A stretch of 64,000 bases of DNA, from positions 96,001-160,000 of the IMG/VR virus record IMGVR_UViG_3300020048_000018, one strand, 5' to 3'. Below are positions 28,770 to 38,299 of the stretch, piece after piece (positions within the stretch are counted from its first letter, which is position 1; each line of letters begins with the position of its first letter). This DNA comes from a virus. The position numbers and the translations under genes were made by a program. The notes below the pieces were generated by a model. That model was not told the DNA's origin. It ran no database searches and saw only the letters and a list, made by a program, of their open reading frames with translations.

Positions 28770-29930
28770 ATGGTAGATTTTTCAAAATATGTAAAGATGT
28801 ACGAGAGCTATAAAGATCGTAACGACTTAGGGACTGGCATTACTCGTTCTGAGATTAAAGAACTTCGTGAGTCATATGCTACTGAGTCTAAGAAAGAACG
28901 TATCATGGAATCAAGACGTGGAACCGGTTATGCCAAGAGACTTGAGGAAAATGCTAAGGTAGATTCTGAACGCAAATCCCTTAAAGAAAAAGCTGATCTC
29001 AAAGATTCACGTATGGAAAGAATTAATGCTCTCCGTGAAGCTCGTGAGAACTCGGTTGTTGCTCCAGTAAAAGGTGTAGATAAAGTAGTTGCTACTCTTG
29101 ATGAAAAGAAAGCCCAAGAAGCTCGTTCTGCAAGAATTCAATCAATCCGTGAAGCTCGTGTTGCAAAACCTGCAACCTCTTCTGTTGAAAAGAAACCTGT
29201 ATCCAATGTAAATGAGAAAATCAATGAAGCTCGTTCTGCATACTTCAAAGCAAGAAAAGCTCTTCGTGAAGGTGACATGGGTATGGCAGGTGAACAAGCT
29301 GGAATCGCAACACAAGCTGTAGACGCTGTGAATGTAAACCAGACTGTAGTAAGCCCAGAAGTACTTGCAATTATCGAAGACCTTAAGAACAAAGTTGATA
29401 ATCTTGCTACCACTGTAGGTATCGTACCTGCTGATACTGGCATGACCGCAGAAGCTGACCCGAACGCTGGAGTTCCTGCACAAGTAGGACAACCTCTTGA
29501 CCAAGTTCAGGTTATGGAATCCGCTCAGTTGACTGCTGTAAAAGCAAGAATTGCTGAACGTAAAGCTATGATGGCTAAGACTTCTGCCGAAGTAGAAGCT
29601 CTTAATGAATCAGAAGCTGGACAAGCACAGATACTTGCAGTAATGAAAGCAACAACCCCAAAGGATATGAGCTTGGCAACTGTTGACAAGAAAGAATCCG
29701 TTCTTCCTAAGATGCCCTCAGTAGCAGAAATCGTAAAAGGTACTGCAAAAGGTGTTGAAAGATGGCCCAACAAAGCAATTAAGAAAGACCCTTCTGCCGC
29801 TTTACTCGGAAAAGGTATCACGATTAATGAAGCTGAAAAACCATTAGACGAACAAATGGTTGACAAAGTTCTGAATGAAGAAAAACTTAATTTCAGAGAT
29901 ATTTATAGAAATGGTGCTCTTACCAAATAA
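28770..29930 (+). CDS. Highly expressed helical protein, putative prohead core/scaffold or inner-head protein
   Basis: Ala/Glu/Lys-rich with repeated LRES, IMES, LREA, INEA, VMES, LNES, LNEE motifs. Strong codon bias. Confidence 0.55.
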   Translation: MVDFSKYVKMYESYKDRNDLGTGITRSEIKELRESYATESKKERIMESRRGTGYAKRLEENAKVDSERKSLKEKADLKDSRMERINALREARENSVVAPVKGVDKVVATLDEKKAQEARSARIQSIREARVAKPATSSVEKKPVSNVNEKINEARSAYFKARKALREGDMGMAGEQAGIATQAVDAVNVNQTVVSPEVLAIIEDLKNKVDNLATTVGIVPADTGMTAEADPNAGVPAQVGQPLDQVQVMESAQLTAVKARIAERKAMMAKTSAEVEALNESEAGQAQILAVMKATTPKDMSLATVDKKESVLPKMPSVAEIVKGTAKGVERWPNKAIKKDPSAALLGKGITINEAEKPLDEQMVDKVLNEEKLNFRDIYRNGALTK

Positions 29931-29946
29931 GATGATGTAAAATTAT

Positions 29947-29977
29947 AGGGGTCTCTATTTTTGGAGACCCCTTTTTT
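29947..29977 (+). terminator. Rho-independent terminator
   Basis: aggggtctc-tattttt-gagacccct plus T-run (one extra G in the loop region). Confidence 0.85.
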
Positions 29978-29994
29978 ATGTTAATATAATTGAT

Positions 29995-30744
29995 ATGAAT
30001 ATTAAAAATAAGTTTGGTTTTACTTCTTTCTCTATGGTAGATTCACCTAATGGTACAATTTCTTCTGTTATATATACACTAGGTTGTACAATGAGATGCA
30101 ATTATTGTTACAATAATACTTTGGTTTTGCCAGAGCTTTTTTCCTCAAATGACCCTCTATATTCAAAAGAAGAAATAAAGAGTTTAATACTTTCTAAAAG
30201 AACCTTAAACACTAAAAATAATACTTTTTTTAATAAATCAGATTATATTGTCCTTTCTGGTGGAGAACCTTTAATGCATTATGATGATGTAGTAGACTTC
30301 GCCATTTATGCAAAGTCTTTGGGATTTAAGGTTAAATTAAATACTAATTCATCTATTGATGTAACAAGACTTTTAGAAACAAAGTCGGTTGACTATGTTT
30401 CAATAGATTTTAAATTCCCCTTTCAGGATTACAATAATGAAAGTGTCCAACAAAATTTTAAGTATATACAACAGTCAAAAACTAAAAAACTTATTAATGA
30501 ATTCGAAATTCATACTGTTATATTAAAAGGTTTTATTGATAAAGAAACCATTATTAAAATGGCTGAGGAACTCAATACCTTAAGTATTTCTGCTTCTTGG
30601 TATCTGGTAGGTTACAAACATATGGACACGGTTCTTGATAAAACACTTTCCCCCAATAACCGATTTTTTGAGCCTGAAGCAAAAGAACTTTACCAAACTG
30701 CTCTTATGCATTATAATGGAAAAGTAATTCTTTCGGGATACTAA
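29995..30744 (+). CDS. nrdG: Anaerobic ribonucleotide reductase activase (radical SAM, NrdG2 type)
   Basis: GCTMRCNYCYN (CxxxCxxC), SGGEP, KLNTN, VSIDFK. Confidence 0.8.
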   Translation: MNIKNKFGFTSFSMVDSPNGTISSVIYTLGCTMRCNYCYNNTLVLPELFSSNDPLYSKEEIKSLILSKRTLNTKNNTFFNKSDYIVLSGGEPLMHYDDVVDFAIYAKSLGFKVKLNTNSSIDVTRLLETKSVDYVSIDFKFPFQDYNNESVQQNFKYIQQSKTKKLINEFEIHTVILKGFIDKETIIKMAEELNTLSISASWYLVGYKHMDTVLDKTLSPNNRFFEPEAKELYQTALMHYNGKVILSGY

Positions 30745-30763
30745 AACCCTTTGGAGGTTTATA

Positions 30764-31303
30764 ATGAGTAGATCACTTAAGAAAGTTGCTTCGGGCAATC
30801 GTCATGCAAGTGATAAATATACAAAACAAAAAGCCTCCCGAAAAGTAAGACGAAAAAATAATATCTGTTTAAATTCATTTGAATCCAGTAACGATGAAGA
30901 CTTAATAGCCTTACGGGACTCTAAGGAACTTTGTTCTGTAGCATGGAGTGGAGAAAAAGAATCTTGCCATGGGGTATATACCGAGAAAGAATCTAGGAAA
31001 TATATCTTAAAAGAAATTGAATATGCTAAGAGAGAAATCTCTATGGGCAGATGGGAAAAGATTCGTAAATATGTCCTTAATGTTGACGCAGAGGATTATT
31101 GGGATGGTCACTATTTACATTCTTGGAGACAATTACCTAAGAGACCTTGGGACACTATTAAAAAAAATATTTTCTATAATTGGAACAACAAACTCTTAGT
31201 AGTCTTAAAGATTAAAGTTCCAAGTGACCTCTGGAAAATAACTGATAAAGACATAGAAAAAGCTGTTAAATTAACTCACAAATTTGAGTATTTAATGAAA
31301 TAG
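30764..31303 (+). CDS. Basic hypothetical protein with MSRS N-terminus
   Basis: MSRSLKK...KQKASRKVRR. GGAGG RBS. Confidence 0.65.
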   Translation: MSRSLKKVASGNRHASDKYTKQKASRKVRRKNNICLNSFESSNDEDLIALRDSKELCSVAWSGEKESCHGVYTEKESRKYILKEIEYAKREISMGRWEKIRKYVLNVDAEDYWDGHYLHSWRQLPKRPWDTIKKNIFYNWNNKLLVVLKIKVPSDLWKITDKDIEKAVKLTHKFEYLMK

Positions 31304-31355
31304 TTTCAAGAGTTTATGTTAATATATCCTTATCACGTTTAAGGATGTATTAAGT

Positions 31356-31979
31356 ATGAGTTCACTTGAGTTATTGAAAATTAGAAATGTAAAAAGTCCA
31401 AATAGGGGAACCTCTCATTCAGCAGGAATAGATTTTTATATGCCCGAGTTTGATGAGGATTTCCTTATGGAAATGTTTATGAAAAATAAAAAAGTTTTTT
31501 ATTTTATGGCATTAAACTCTTTATCAATCAAAGATTTTGAGACTTTTGTAGAAAGTGTTAGTTTGGATATAACTAAAGATGTTTTGATTGGAATAAAACT
31601 ATTATGCAAACAAGATAATACTGAGTTTTATTTTGAGTTACCTGCTCTCAAGGATTTCTTAATTCCTTCTGGAATTAAAACTAAGTTTCTCAATGGTGTC
31701 TTTATTGCCTTTAATAAAGGTGGAGTTGCCACAAAACAGAAGCTTACCGTTGGAGCCTGTGTTGATGATGAAGATTTTATGGGAGAACTCTTTATTCATG
31801 TCGTGAATAGCTCTGATGAACCTCAGAGAATTACCCTTGGAAATAAACTTGTACAGTTCTTGTATATGCCAATAAACTATGATATTCCTGTAATCAAAGA
31901 AAATATTACCTCAGAGGAATTTTATGTAAAAGTAACAGACCGTGGAGAAGGTTGCTTAGGTTCCACCAGTATTAAATAG
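31356..31979 (+). CDS. dut: Trimeric dUTPase (divergent)
   Basis: SAGIDF (motif I), DEDFMGE (III), VQFL (IV), RGEGCLGST (V). Confidence 0.85.
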   Translation: MSSLELLKIRNVKSPNRGTSHSAGIDFYMPEFDEDFLMEMFMKNKKVFYFMALNSLSIKDFETFVESVSLDITKDVLIGIKLLCKQDNTEFYFELPALKDFLIPSGIKTKFLNGVFIAFNKGGVATKQKLTVGACVDDEDFMGELFIHVVNSSDEPQRITLGNKLVQFLYMPINYDIPVIKENITSEEFYVKVTDRGEGCLGSTSIK

Positions 31980-32027
31980 GTCTAAAATTAAAGTCTGAGA
32001 TTATTCCTCAGACTTTAATATTTAAAA

Positions 32028-32063
32028 AGTTTTGAACTTTTCCAGAAATTTCTATATATTATA
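32028..32063 (+). promoter_or_regulatory. Early promoter TTGAAC-N17-TATATT
   Basis: TTGAAC at 32032-32037 and TATATT at 32055-32060, just after the terminator at 31991-32016. Confidence 0.8.
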
Positions 32064-32134
32064 CAAGAAGATAATTTCGGATAATATCCTTTCCGTTAAT
32101 AACTAAAGTCTTCTAAATTAAAGGATTTACTTTC

Positions 32135-32857
32135 ATGAATTTTACAAAAGTACTGCTTTTAGCAGTAGGTTTATTTTTATTTTGTTCTACAATAACCTTA
32201 AATCTTATTATGTTTTCCAAAACAATTTCACCTATCAAACTAATAAGTGATTTAGGAGAACCTCAAAAAGCTTCCATGGAGGTATCCCCTTTTATTGGTC
32301 TAATTCCTGAGGTTGATGAGGTATATTCACCTTCCTTTGATGACATATACTTGTATATAAACTCAATTAGTAAAAAAAATCCTTCTAAGAATCAGCTCTC
32401 AAGAAAACAAATTTCGGATATAATACACTCTGTTGAGAAATATTGTGTTAAGTATGGAATTAATAAACTAACTATTTTTTCAATGATTAAAGTAGAATCA
32501 AATTATATCCTCACTATCCCTTCTTGGAAGGGTTCTGAATATGGTAGAGGATTACTTCAAGTAAGTAAAATAGCATTATTAGATTTTAATAACTGGACAG
32601 GTAATGAATACACCTCAGAAGATTTATATACTATAGAAAAAAATATTGAAGTAGGAATTTGGGCTTTTAATCAAAATTATCACTATGGTGTTGAAAATGG
32701 TTTTGAGGAAGGGGCTATAGTTGCCTATAATGTCGGGGTAGGTGATTATAAGAGACATAAAAAAGATTTATTATCAAATCAAATGTTTAAGGGTTTAACT
32801 TATGAATATTCAAGTAAAGTTCAGACTCAATATCAAATATTAATTTCATCCAACTAA
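32135..32857 (+). CDS. Lytic transglycosylase (SLT domain) with N-terminal TM
   Basis: MIKVESNY (catalytic Glu), GLLQV, NIEVG, AYNVG. Confidence 0.85.
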   Translation: MNFTKVLLLAVGLFLFCSTITLNLIMFSKTISPIKLISDLGEPQKASMEVSPFIGLIPEVDEVYSPSFDDIYLYINSISKKNPSKNQLSRKQISDIIHSVEKYCVKYGINKLTIFSMIKVESNYILTIPSWKGSEYGRGLLQVSKIALLDFNNWTGNEYTSEDLYTIEKNIEVGIWAFNQNYHYGVENGFEEGAIVAYNVGVGDYKRHKKDLLSNQMFKGLTYEYSSKVQTQYQILISSN

Positions 32858-32867
32858 GGGGTTACAA

Positions 32868-33188
32868 ATGGAAAACTTCACGAATCTTTGGTCTTATCAA
32901 AATGAACAGATAATAAAATTTCAGGGTTCAATAATTTCTCTCTCAAACTTTTCAGCTATACGTCCCATAATAATAAAAAATATGGGGTATGAGGTTCCTG
33001 CAATTAAGTTTTTTGGTAAGAAAGGTATAGAGTCTCAAGTATTTAGCTATGTTGACTTCCCTGATTTTACGGGATATTCCAAGGAAGCTTTGGACAAGTC
33101 GGTGGAAAAACTGATATCAGAAGCAAATACTCAATGTGATTCAGACATCGAATGGCTTTGGGATAATTGCTTTAAGGGGGCTAAATGA
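32868..33188 (+). CDS. Hypothetical protein
   Basis: ATGA-coupled to the FliM-like gene. Confidence 0.65.
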   Translation: MENFTNLWSYQNEQIIKFQGSIISLSNFSAIRPIIIKNMGYEVPAIKFFGKKGIESQVFSYVDFPDFTGYSKEALDKSVEKLISEANTQCDSDIEWLWDNCFKGAK

Positions 33189-34378
33189 ACTCAAAAGTAA
33201 CACAAAAAGACTTAGAGGCTATCTTAGCAGGTCAATCACCTTTCTTGAAAAATAAACCTCCTATTCCTCTTTCAGATGAAGAACTTCTGGCATTGGTAGA
33301 TACAGATGAAAGTAGGGAGAAGACAAGGAATGCTAAAATTATAACCGAAGATTTTGTTCCTCCCCCACACAAGAGTACTACAGAGGTTCTCTCACAGGCT
33401 GAAGTTGATCAGCTTCTTGATGCCATCTCCTGTAGGGATGATGAATCAGATAACCTCAGAAGTGAAAAAGAAAATAAGAAACTTCGTGTTAAAATTGTAG
33501 ACTTTGGTAATTACTTGAGATACACTCAAAAAAATATGAGAAACTTATCCTCCCTTCATGACGATCTTGTTAGTCATGAAATGTATGCTTCCTTAAAAGA
33601 ACTTTATGGTTTTGATAATAATTCTCATATGCACCTTGTCAGTGTTGATCAGATGAGATTTTCAAACTTCCTTACCAGTCTTCCTTCCCCTTTCTTCATG
33701 GGAGTTGTTAAGTTTAATAAGTTTTCAAACCCTCTTATTATTGAAGCTGACTCAAATATAATCCTTCCCTTAATGAAAAAAGAAATCGTTAGTGTGATGT
33801 ATCCTACTCTTTTTGAGAAAGATGAACAGAACTTTTTCTCAAAGGGGATTTTGTTAAGAGTAATAGACTCTCTTATTTCTCAAAATAATAAAGTGTTTAA
33901 GTCCCCACCTAAGAGTGTGGAGATTATTGATAATTTTTCCAGTTTTAATACAGACCTTTTTAAGAAAACAGGGGTTTTACTTACCATTGAACTAGAAAGC
34001 CCTACTGACAAGGTAAGCGGTATGATAAATATCTGGTACTTTGAGGAATTTGTAAATGAGTTTATTAAAGCTTATGAGTCAAAAGAAATAAAAACTATTG
34101 GAGATACTGAAATGGAAATAACGTATAATAAACCTTTTGATGAGAAAGGGATTAAACTTGAAGTTCTTGCAGAACTTGGTAGATCCAAGCTAACTTTGGA
34201 TGAACTTAGGGCTGTCGGAGAAGGGTCTATAATTAAACTAAATACTGTCATGGGAGAAGTAATAAAACTTACAATTGATGGAAAGCTCTTCGCTAAAGGT
34301 GAAGTTGTTGCAATAGGTGAAAATGAAAACTTTGGTATCAGAGTAATTGAATGTATTACTAACGGTGAAACTAACTAA
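33185..34378 (+). CDS. FliM/FliN-like flagellar motor switch hybrid protein
   Basis: EVLSQAEVDQLLDAIS (FliM N-terminal motif). KIVDF...HLVSVDQMRFSNFLTSLPSP (FliM middle domain). ELGRSKLTLDEL...GEGSIIKL...GKLFAKGEVVAIGENENFGIRVIE (FliN/SPOA). Confidence 0.85.
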   Translation: MNSKVTQKDLEAILAGQSPFLKNKPPIPLSDEELLALVDTDESREKTRNAKIITEDFVPPPHKSTTEVLSQAEVDQLLDAISCRDDESDNLRSEKENKKLRVKIVDFGNYLRYTQKNMRNLSSLHDDLVSHEMYASLKELYGFDNNSHMHLVSVDQMRFSNFLTSLPSPFFMGVVKFNKFSNPLIIEADSNIILPLMKKEIVSVMYPTLFEKDEQNFFSKGILLRVIDSLISQNNKVFKSPPKSVEIIDNFSSFNTDLFKKTGVLLTIELESPTDKVSGMINIWYFEEFVNEFIKAYESKEIKTIGDTEMEITYNKPFDEKGIKLEVLAELGRSKLTLDELRAVGEGSIIKLNTVMGEVIKLTIDGKLFAKGEVVAIGENENFGIRVIECITNGETN

Positions 34379-34402
34379 TTATATAATTAGGCAGGTTTCA
34401 AG

Positions 34403-34822
34403 ATGGGAAAGAATTTAGATATTGAAAAAGATTTTGGTATTGATATAGATGGTGTATATGATTTTTTTGATGACTTAATTGAAATAGAAATTGATTATTC
34501 AGGTAAACTTCCTTCCTTAAGCGACCTTCTTACAGCAGGTAAGAGAAATTGGAAGGATATACCCGTTGAAGCTTTTGAGCATTATGCTAAAACTTCACTT
34601 AAAGTTATGTCTGAAAAGCCCTCTACAAAACTTACTGAGTCAATATCTCCCTTAAAGAAAAAGACCTTTGATGAAAGCTCTATTAGAAGTGACGCAGAAC
34701 AAATTATAAAATTAAGTGAAGCTTCCCTAAAAATCAGACCTAGTGCAAGTATTGCATTAAGGTCTGAATCCGTTTATTATTGTAAAATTAATGGTGTTAA
34801 AACTGCCATTATTAAAGATTAA
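34403..34822 (+). CDS. Hypothetical late protein
   Basis: ACTAATT upstream. LTES, FDES, LSEA motifs. Confidence 0.6.
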   Translation: MGKNLDIEKDFGIDIDGVYDFFDDLIEIEIDYSGKLPSLSDLLTAGKRNWKDIPVEAFEHYAKTSLKVMSEKPSTKLTESISPLKKKTFDESSIRSDAEQIIKLSEASLKIRPSASIALRSESVYYCKINGVKTAIIKD

Positions 34823-34844
34823 ATCTCTAAAGAAGGACATAAAA

Positions 34845-35618
34845 ATGAAGGTACAATTACAAGAAGGAAAGTTGGTTAGATGCAGTAAGGGTCATAAATA
34901 CCTTACGGAAAAAGGTGATTTCGTAGAGGTTAAATCTATCGAGAATAAAAACTCTAAGCTTAAAGAAAGCTATGATGACTATATCAGTGATAAAGTGTTA
35001 CCTATGATAAAGGGTATCATGGAAGAGTTTAAAGATGGAATAATGTCAAAGTATGAGTGCTATAATTATGATGGTGAACAAGTTGAAACCACTGATGGCA
35101 GGTCATATGATGGTTTCATGAGTTCTACAGAAGGAACTGTAACATTCTGTGGATTTACTCTCCTTGACTATCTTGAAGGTTCTGGATCTTTCCCTTCTAA
35201 CGAAAAAATTAATAAAGTTATTCAAGAGAAACTTGAATACTTACATAAATCTGCAAAAGAGGATTTTATCAGTGAGAATAAAGAAGAAATAGAATCTTTA
35301 GGTCTTGAGGATTCCCAAGTAAATTATCGTGACCTTGAAGAATTAGGTCATAGAGAGCTGGCTGAAAATCTTGATGAATATGAGAGAGGTTATATCAGTG
35401 AACAACTTTCTTTTGATGTTCATGTTTATTTTAGACAAGACCGACATGATGAAAACAGCTATAATTTTTACACCTTCTCCGAATTAATTTTTGGTGATTA
35501 TGGTAGATATGGTAGTGGAACACAGGCATTTGAGGGTGAGTTCGACTTTAAGAAAGGTGAAGATATTTCTACTAAAGCAAGAGAACTAATCGAACAAGCT
35601 TTTAGTAGTTTGGAATAA
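34845..35618 (+). CDS. Acidic hypothetical protein (putative inner-head protein)
   Basis: AAGGA RBS. LQEG and LKES near the N-terminus. Confidence 0.6.
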   Translation: MKVQLQEGKLVRCSKGHKYLTEKGDFVEVKSIENKNSKLKESYDDYISDKVLPMIKGIMEEFKDGIMSKYECYNYDGEQVETTDGRSYDGFMSSTEGTVTFCGFTLLDYLEGSGSFPSNEKINKVIQEKLEYLHKSAKEDFISENKEEIESLGLEDSQVNYRDLEELGHRELAENLDEYERGYISEQLSFDVHVYFRQDRHDENSYNFYTFSELIFGDYGRYGSGTQAFEGEFDFKKGEDISTKARELIEQAFSSLE

Positions 35619-35630
35619 GGGGATATTAGC

Positions 35631-36581
35631 ATGAAGTTTATAAAGAAAGCAGGAAAGCTCAATGAAGCTTTTGAGGATGACCAATCAATTGAAGATGCAT
35701 ATAAGGATGAGTTTGAGGAAGGTGATGGCACCAATGTAGAGGAATCACATTGGGATGATGATGACCAACATATAGAAGACCATGATGATGATGATGATGA
35801 TGATGAAAAGTCAACCAAGATTAAAGCCTTAATGAAGTTTCTTGATATCTCAGGAGAAGAATATGATTCTGTAGAACAATCTTCCTACAATGATAACCTT
35901 TTCACCTATGGTAGAACTGAGTTTCTTGTATGCACTGACTCTGAGGCAGATGATGAGTTTCGTGAAAACCAAGAGTCTCTTTGGGATGATATGGGAATAG
36001 ACTCCTATAGTGAATATATGCAGAATTGGATTTTAGATTTTGCAGTAGATGAAGAATCTTTCTGGAGTGATCATAGTTCAGATAATGAAGAAGCTATAAG
36101 GGAAAGTCCAGATAGCTATTCTCAATATTTTGATATTGAAAAAATGAAAGAAGACATTATTCTTGATTTGGATGACAAAGGCTCTGACTCTAAGTATAAG
36201 GGGTCTGCTTACCTTTCAACCGACCGAGATGATTTTGATGATGAAGAGTCTTTCAAAAGTGCTATTGGTGAAGAAGTTGATGGTTTGGATGATGATGATA
36301 TTCTTTCAATAATTAAAGAGGATGATGACATTGATAATTATGCCTCTGAAGCTAATGAAAAGTATATGCGTGATCAGGGAACCCCTGCTCAGTATCTTAG
36401 GAGTTTAGGTTATGATGGTAAACAACTTGGTTCACAACTAAGTCCTTATCTTAAAATGGAAGAAATCTTCGAAGAAGTAAAATCTGCTGACGGAAGAGGA
36501 CACGCACTTGCAGGCTATGATGGTCATGAAAATGAAGTATCTTTTGAGGATGAAACCTACTATATTTACAGAATAAACTAA
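35631..36581 (+). CDS. Extremely acidic protein (putative inner-head protein or DNA mimic)
   Basis: Basic tip MKFIKKAGKLNEA followed by a D/E-rich body with a D7 run. Confidence 0.65.
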   Translation: MKFIKKAGKLNEAFEDDQSIEDAYKDEFEEGDGTNVEESHWDDDDQHIEDHDDDDDDDEKSTKIKALMKFLDISGEEYDSVEQSSYNDNLFTYGRTEFLVCTDSEADDEFRENQESLWDDMGIDSYSEYMQNWILDFAVDEESFWSDHSSDNEEAIRESPDSYSQYFDIEKMKEDIILDLDDKGSDSKYKGSAYLSTDRDDFDDEESFKSAIGEEVDGLDDDDILSIIKEDDDIDNYASEANEKYMRDQGTPAQYLRSLGYDGKQLGSQLSPYLKMEEIFEEVKSADGRGHALAGYDGHENEVSFEDETYYIYRIN

Positions 36582-36616
36582 TAAAAAGGTGATTAATTTC
36601 AAGATAATCACCTAAA

Positions 36617-36652
36617 AGTTTTGAACTTTTTAGATAACTCCTATATATTATA
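36617..36652 (+). promoter_or_regulatory. Early promoter TTGAAC-N17-TATATT
   Basis: TTGAAC at 36621-36626 and TATATT at 36644-36649, following the aggtgatta...taatcacct hairpin. Confidence 0.8.
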
Positions 36653-36694
36653 TATAGGATGTTATAACCTAAATAGAGGAAAGGTGGTAAGAAT

Positions 36695-37477
36695 ATGAAA
36701 AACAACTATAGCGAGGGTGTTTCTAACCGATTAAGGGAGAATAGAGATACTGCAAGGTTATATGCGCTTCTTACTGGATGGGATTATTCTCATATTTACT
36801 CTATGGGGATTATAACCTCTGACAATCCTCGGGGAGAAAAGACTTCAAGTGCAGAAAACCAGAAAAAATGGTCAGAGCTTAAGGTCTATCTTTCAAGGTC
36901 AAACTTTGTATATCTTCAAGTAAAAGGGAAATATGGTAACATGGAGAATAGTGTTATTATTCAGAATGTTACCCCTCAGTTTATGAGACAATTGAGTATT
37001 AAGTACAATCAAGCGGCTTTTATTTATGGTGAAGTATATGAACATAAAGAAGAGCGAGGTATGAAGTTTGAGTATTTCGTTCAGGAAACTGAGGAAAAGT
37101 CTCTGTTTAATCCAAACTATGGAAGGAAGGAACTGGTACAAACCCCGAATGGTGTTTACCGTTTAGGTTCTACTCGATTCACCTATCTTAAATTTGATAA
37201 TCCCGATGATTATTATACGAGATTTAAAGGTTTTACCTTTCAGATACCTTTTTTCGATGATGATTATGACCCAAATAAATTAGGTGATGAAAAAGGTTTC
37301 ACCCTAAAGTCTAAAGCTTTGGAATCTATTGATAAGGAAGAACTTTTTAGTAGGATTAAAGAGCAAAAAAGAAGTCATAATAAAACTGAAAGGTCAGTAT
37401 GGGAAAACCGTGGAATGATAAAATTAATGCTAAATGGAGAATTCCAAGGCATGAAATATGCTAGAGTTTGTGAATAA
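36695..37477 (+). CDS. DUF3293-like phage protein
   Basis: GIITSDNP...EN...L...KGKYGNMENS...KYNQAAFIY. Confidence 0.6.
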   Translation: MKNNYSEGVSNRLRENRDTARLYALLTGWDYSHIYSMGIITSDNPRGEKTSSAENQKKWSELKVYLSRSNFVYLQVKGKYGNMENSVIIQNVTPQFMRQLSIKYNQAAFIYGEVYEHKEERGMKFEYFVQETEEKSLFNPNYGRKELVQTPNGVYRLGSTRFTYLKFDNPDDYYTRFKGFTFQIPFFDDDYDPNKLGDEKGFTLKSKALESIDKEELFSRIKEQKRSHNKTERSVWENRGMIKLMLNGEFQGMKYARVCE

Positions 37478-37493
37478 GGAAAAGGAAGGAAAA

Positions 37494-38246
37494 ATGGAAA
37501 AATTAAATGAAAGCAGGGAAAATGATCTATTCTTCGAGTTTTTAAACTTCGATGAAAGGGATTATTATCATATGGGAGACTCCTATGGAGAAGGTAGAAG
37601 TCTTGATACTTTTTTGGAAGATGTAAAAGATTTTTCTTGTGATCTTTACATAGTAGGTTTTGACAGTGGAAGTTATGATTTTATTCTTGCAACCGAAAGT
37701 AATTCTGAAAGAAACCCTTCGTATACCGAGAGTAAGGTTCTTGAAGATTTTTCAGAAATGTTAAGCGAATCTGAAAGATATGGTTATCAGAATCACAATG
37801 AAGAAGATGGAGAGGAATATGAAGGTGTTTCCCTTGATGTAATTACCAAATTGGACATGGGACAGTTTGTTGAAATTACTTTTGGGGAGATTGACAACCG
37901 AACATTTGAAACCGTAAAAAAGGACGTTTGGAATCTTGCAAGCCTTGAAAACGCTCTTGAGGATTCTGGGTATTACCGAGAACATAATTTCAAGACAAGC
38001 ACCAAGACTTTTGGGGTAATTGAATTTATTCAGTGGTGTGAAAAGCTTGATAATAAGTTTACTGAGAAAAGTACTATTACTCATAATGTACTTGATGATT
38101 GCCTAGAGTTTACCTTATCGGATGATTACGAAACTAAGTTTTATTCTATCGGCGCACCAGCAGGACAGTATCTTAAGCAGAAAATGTTCGAGAGGATTTT
38201 CAACTTTATTACCAAAGAAATAGAGTATTCAAGAAACAATAACTAA
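37494..38246 (+). CDS. Acidic hypothetical protein
   Basis: AAGGA RBS. KLNES near the N-terminus. Confidence 0.6.
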   Translation: MEKLNESRENDLFFEFLNFDERDYYHMGDSYGEGRSLDTFLEDVKDFSCDLYIVGFDSGSYDFILATESNSERNPSYTESKVLEDFSEMLSESERYGYQNHNEEDGEEYEGVSLDVITKLDMGQFVEITFGEIDNRTFETVKKDVWNLASLENALEDSGYYREHNFKTSTKTFGVIEFIQWCEKLDNKFTEKSTITHNVLDDCLEFTLSDDYETKFYSIGAPAGQYLKQKMFERIFNFITKEIEYSRNNN

Positions 38247-38269
38247 CAAACTTAGTTACTTGTGTTAAG

Positions 38270-38299
38270 AAGGGAGAAACCTAGTGTTTCTCCTTTTTA
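38270..38299 (+). terminator. Rho-independent terminator
   Basis: agggagaaac-ctagt-gtttctcctt plus T-run. Confidence 0.75.

Noticed and set aside
29995-30744. QueE assignment to complete a preQ0 pathway
   Set aside because: Motif layout fits the NrdG2-type RNR activase better, and the gene is not linked to the QueC-like gene.
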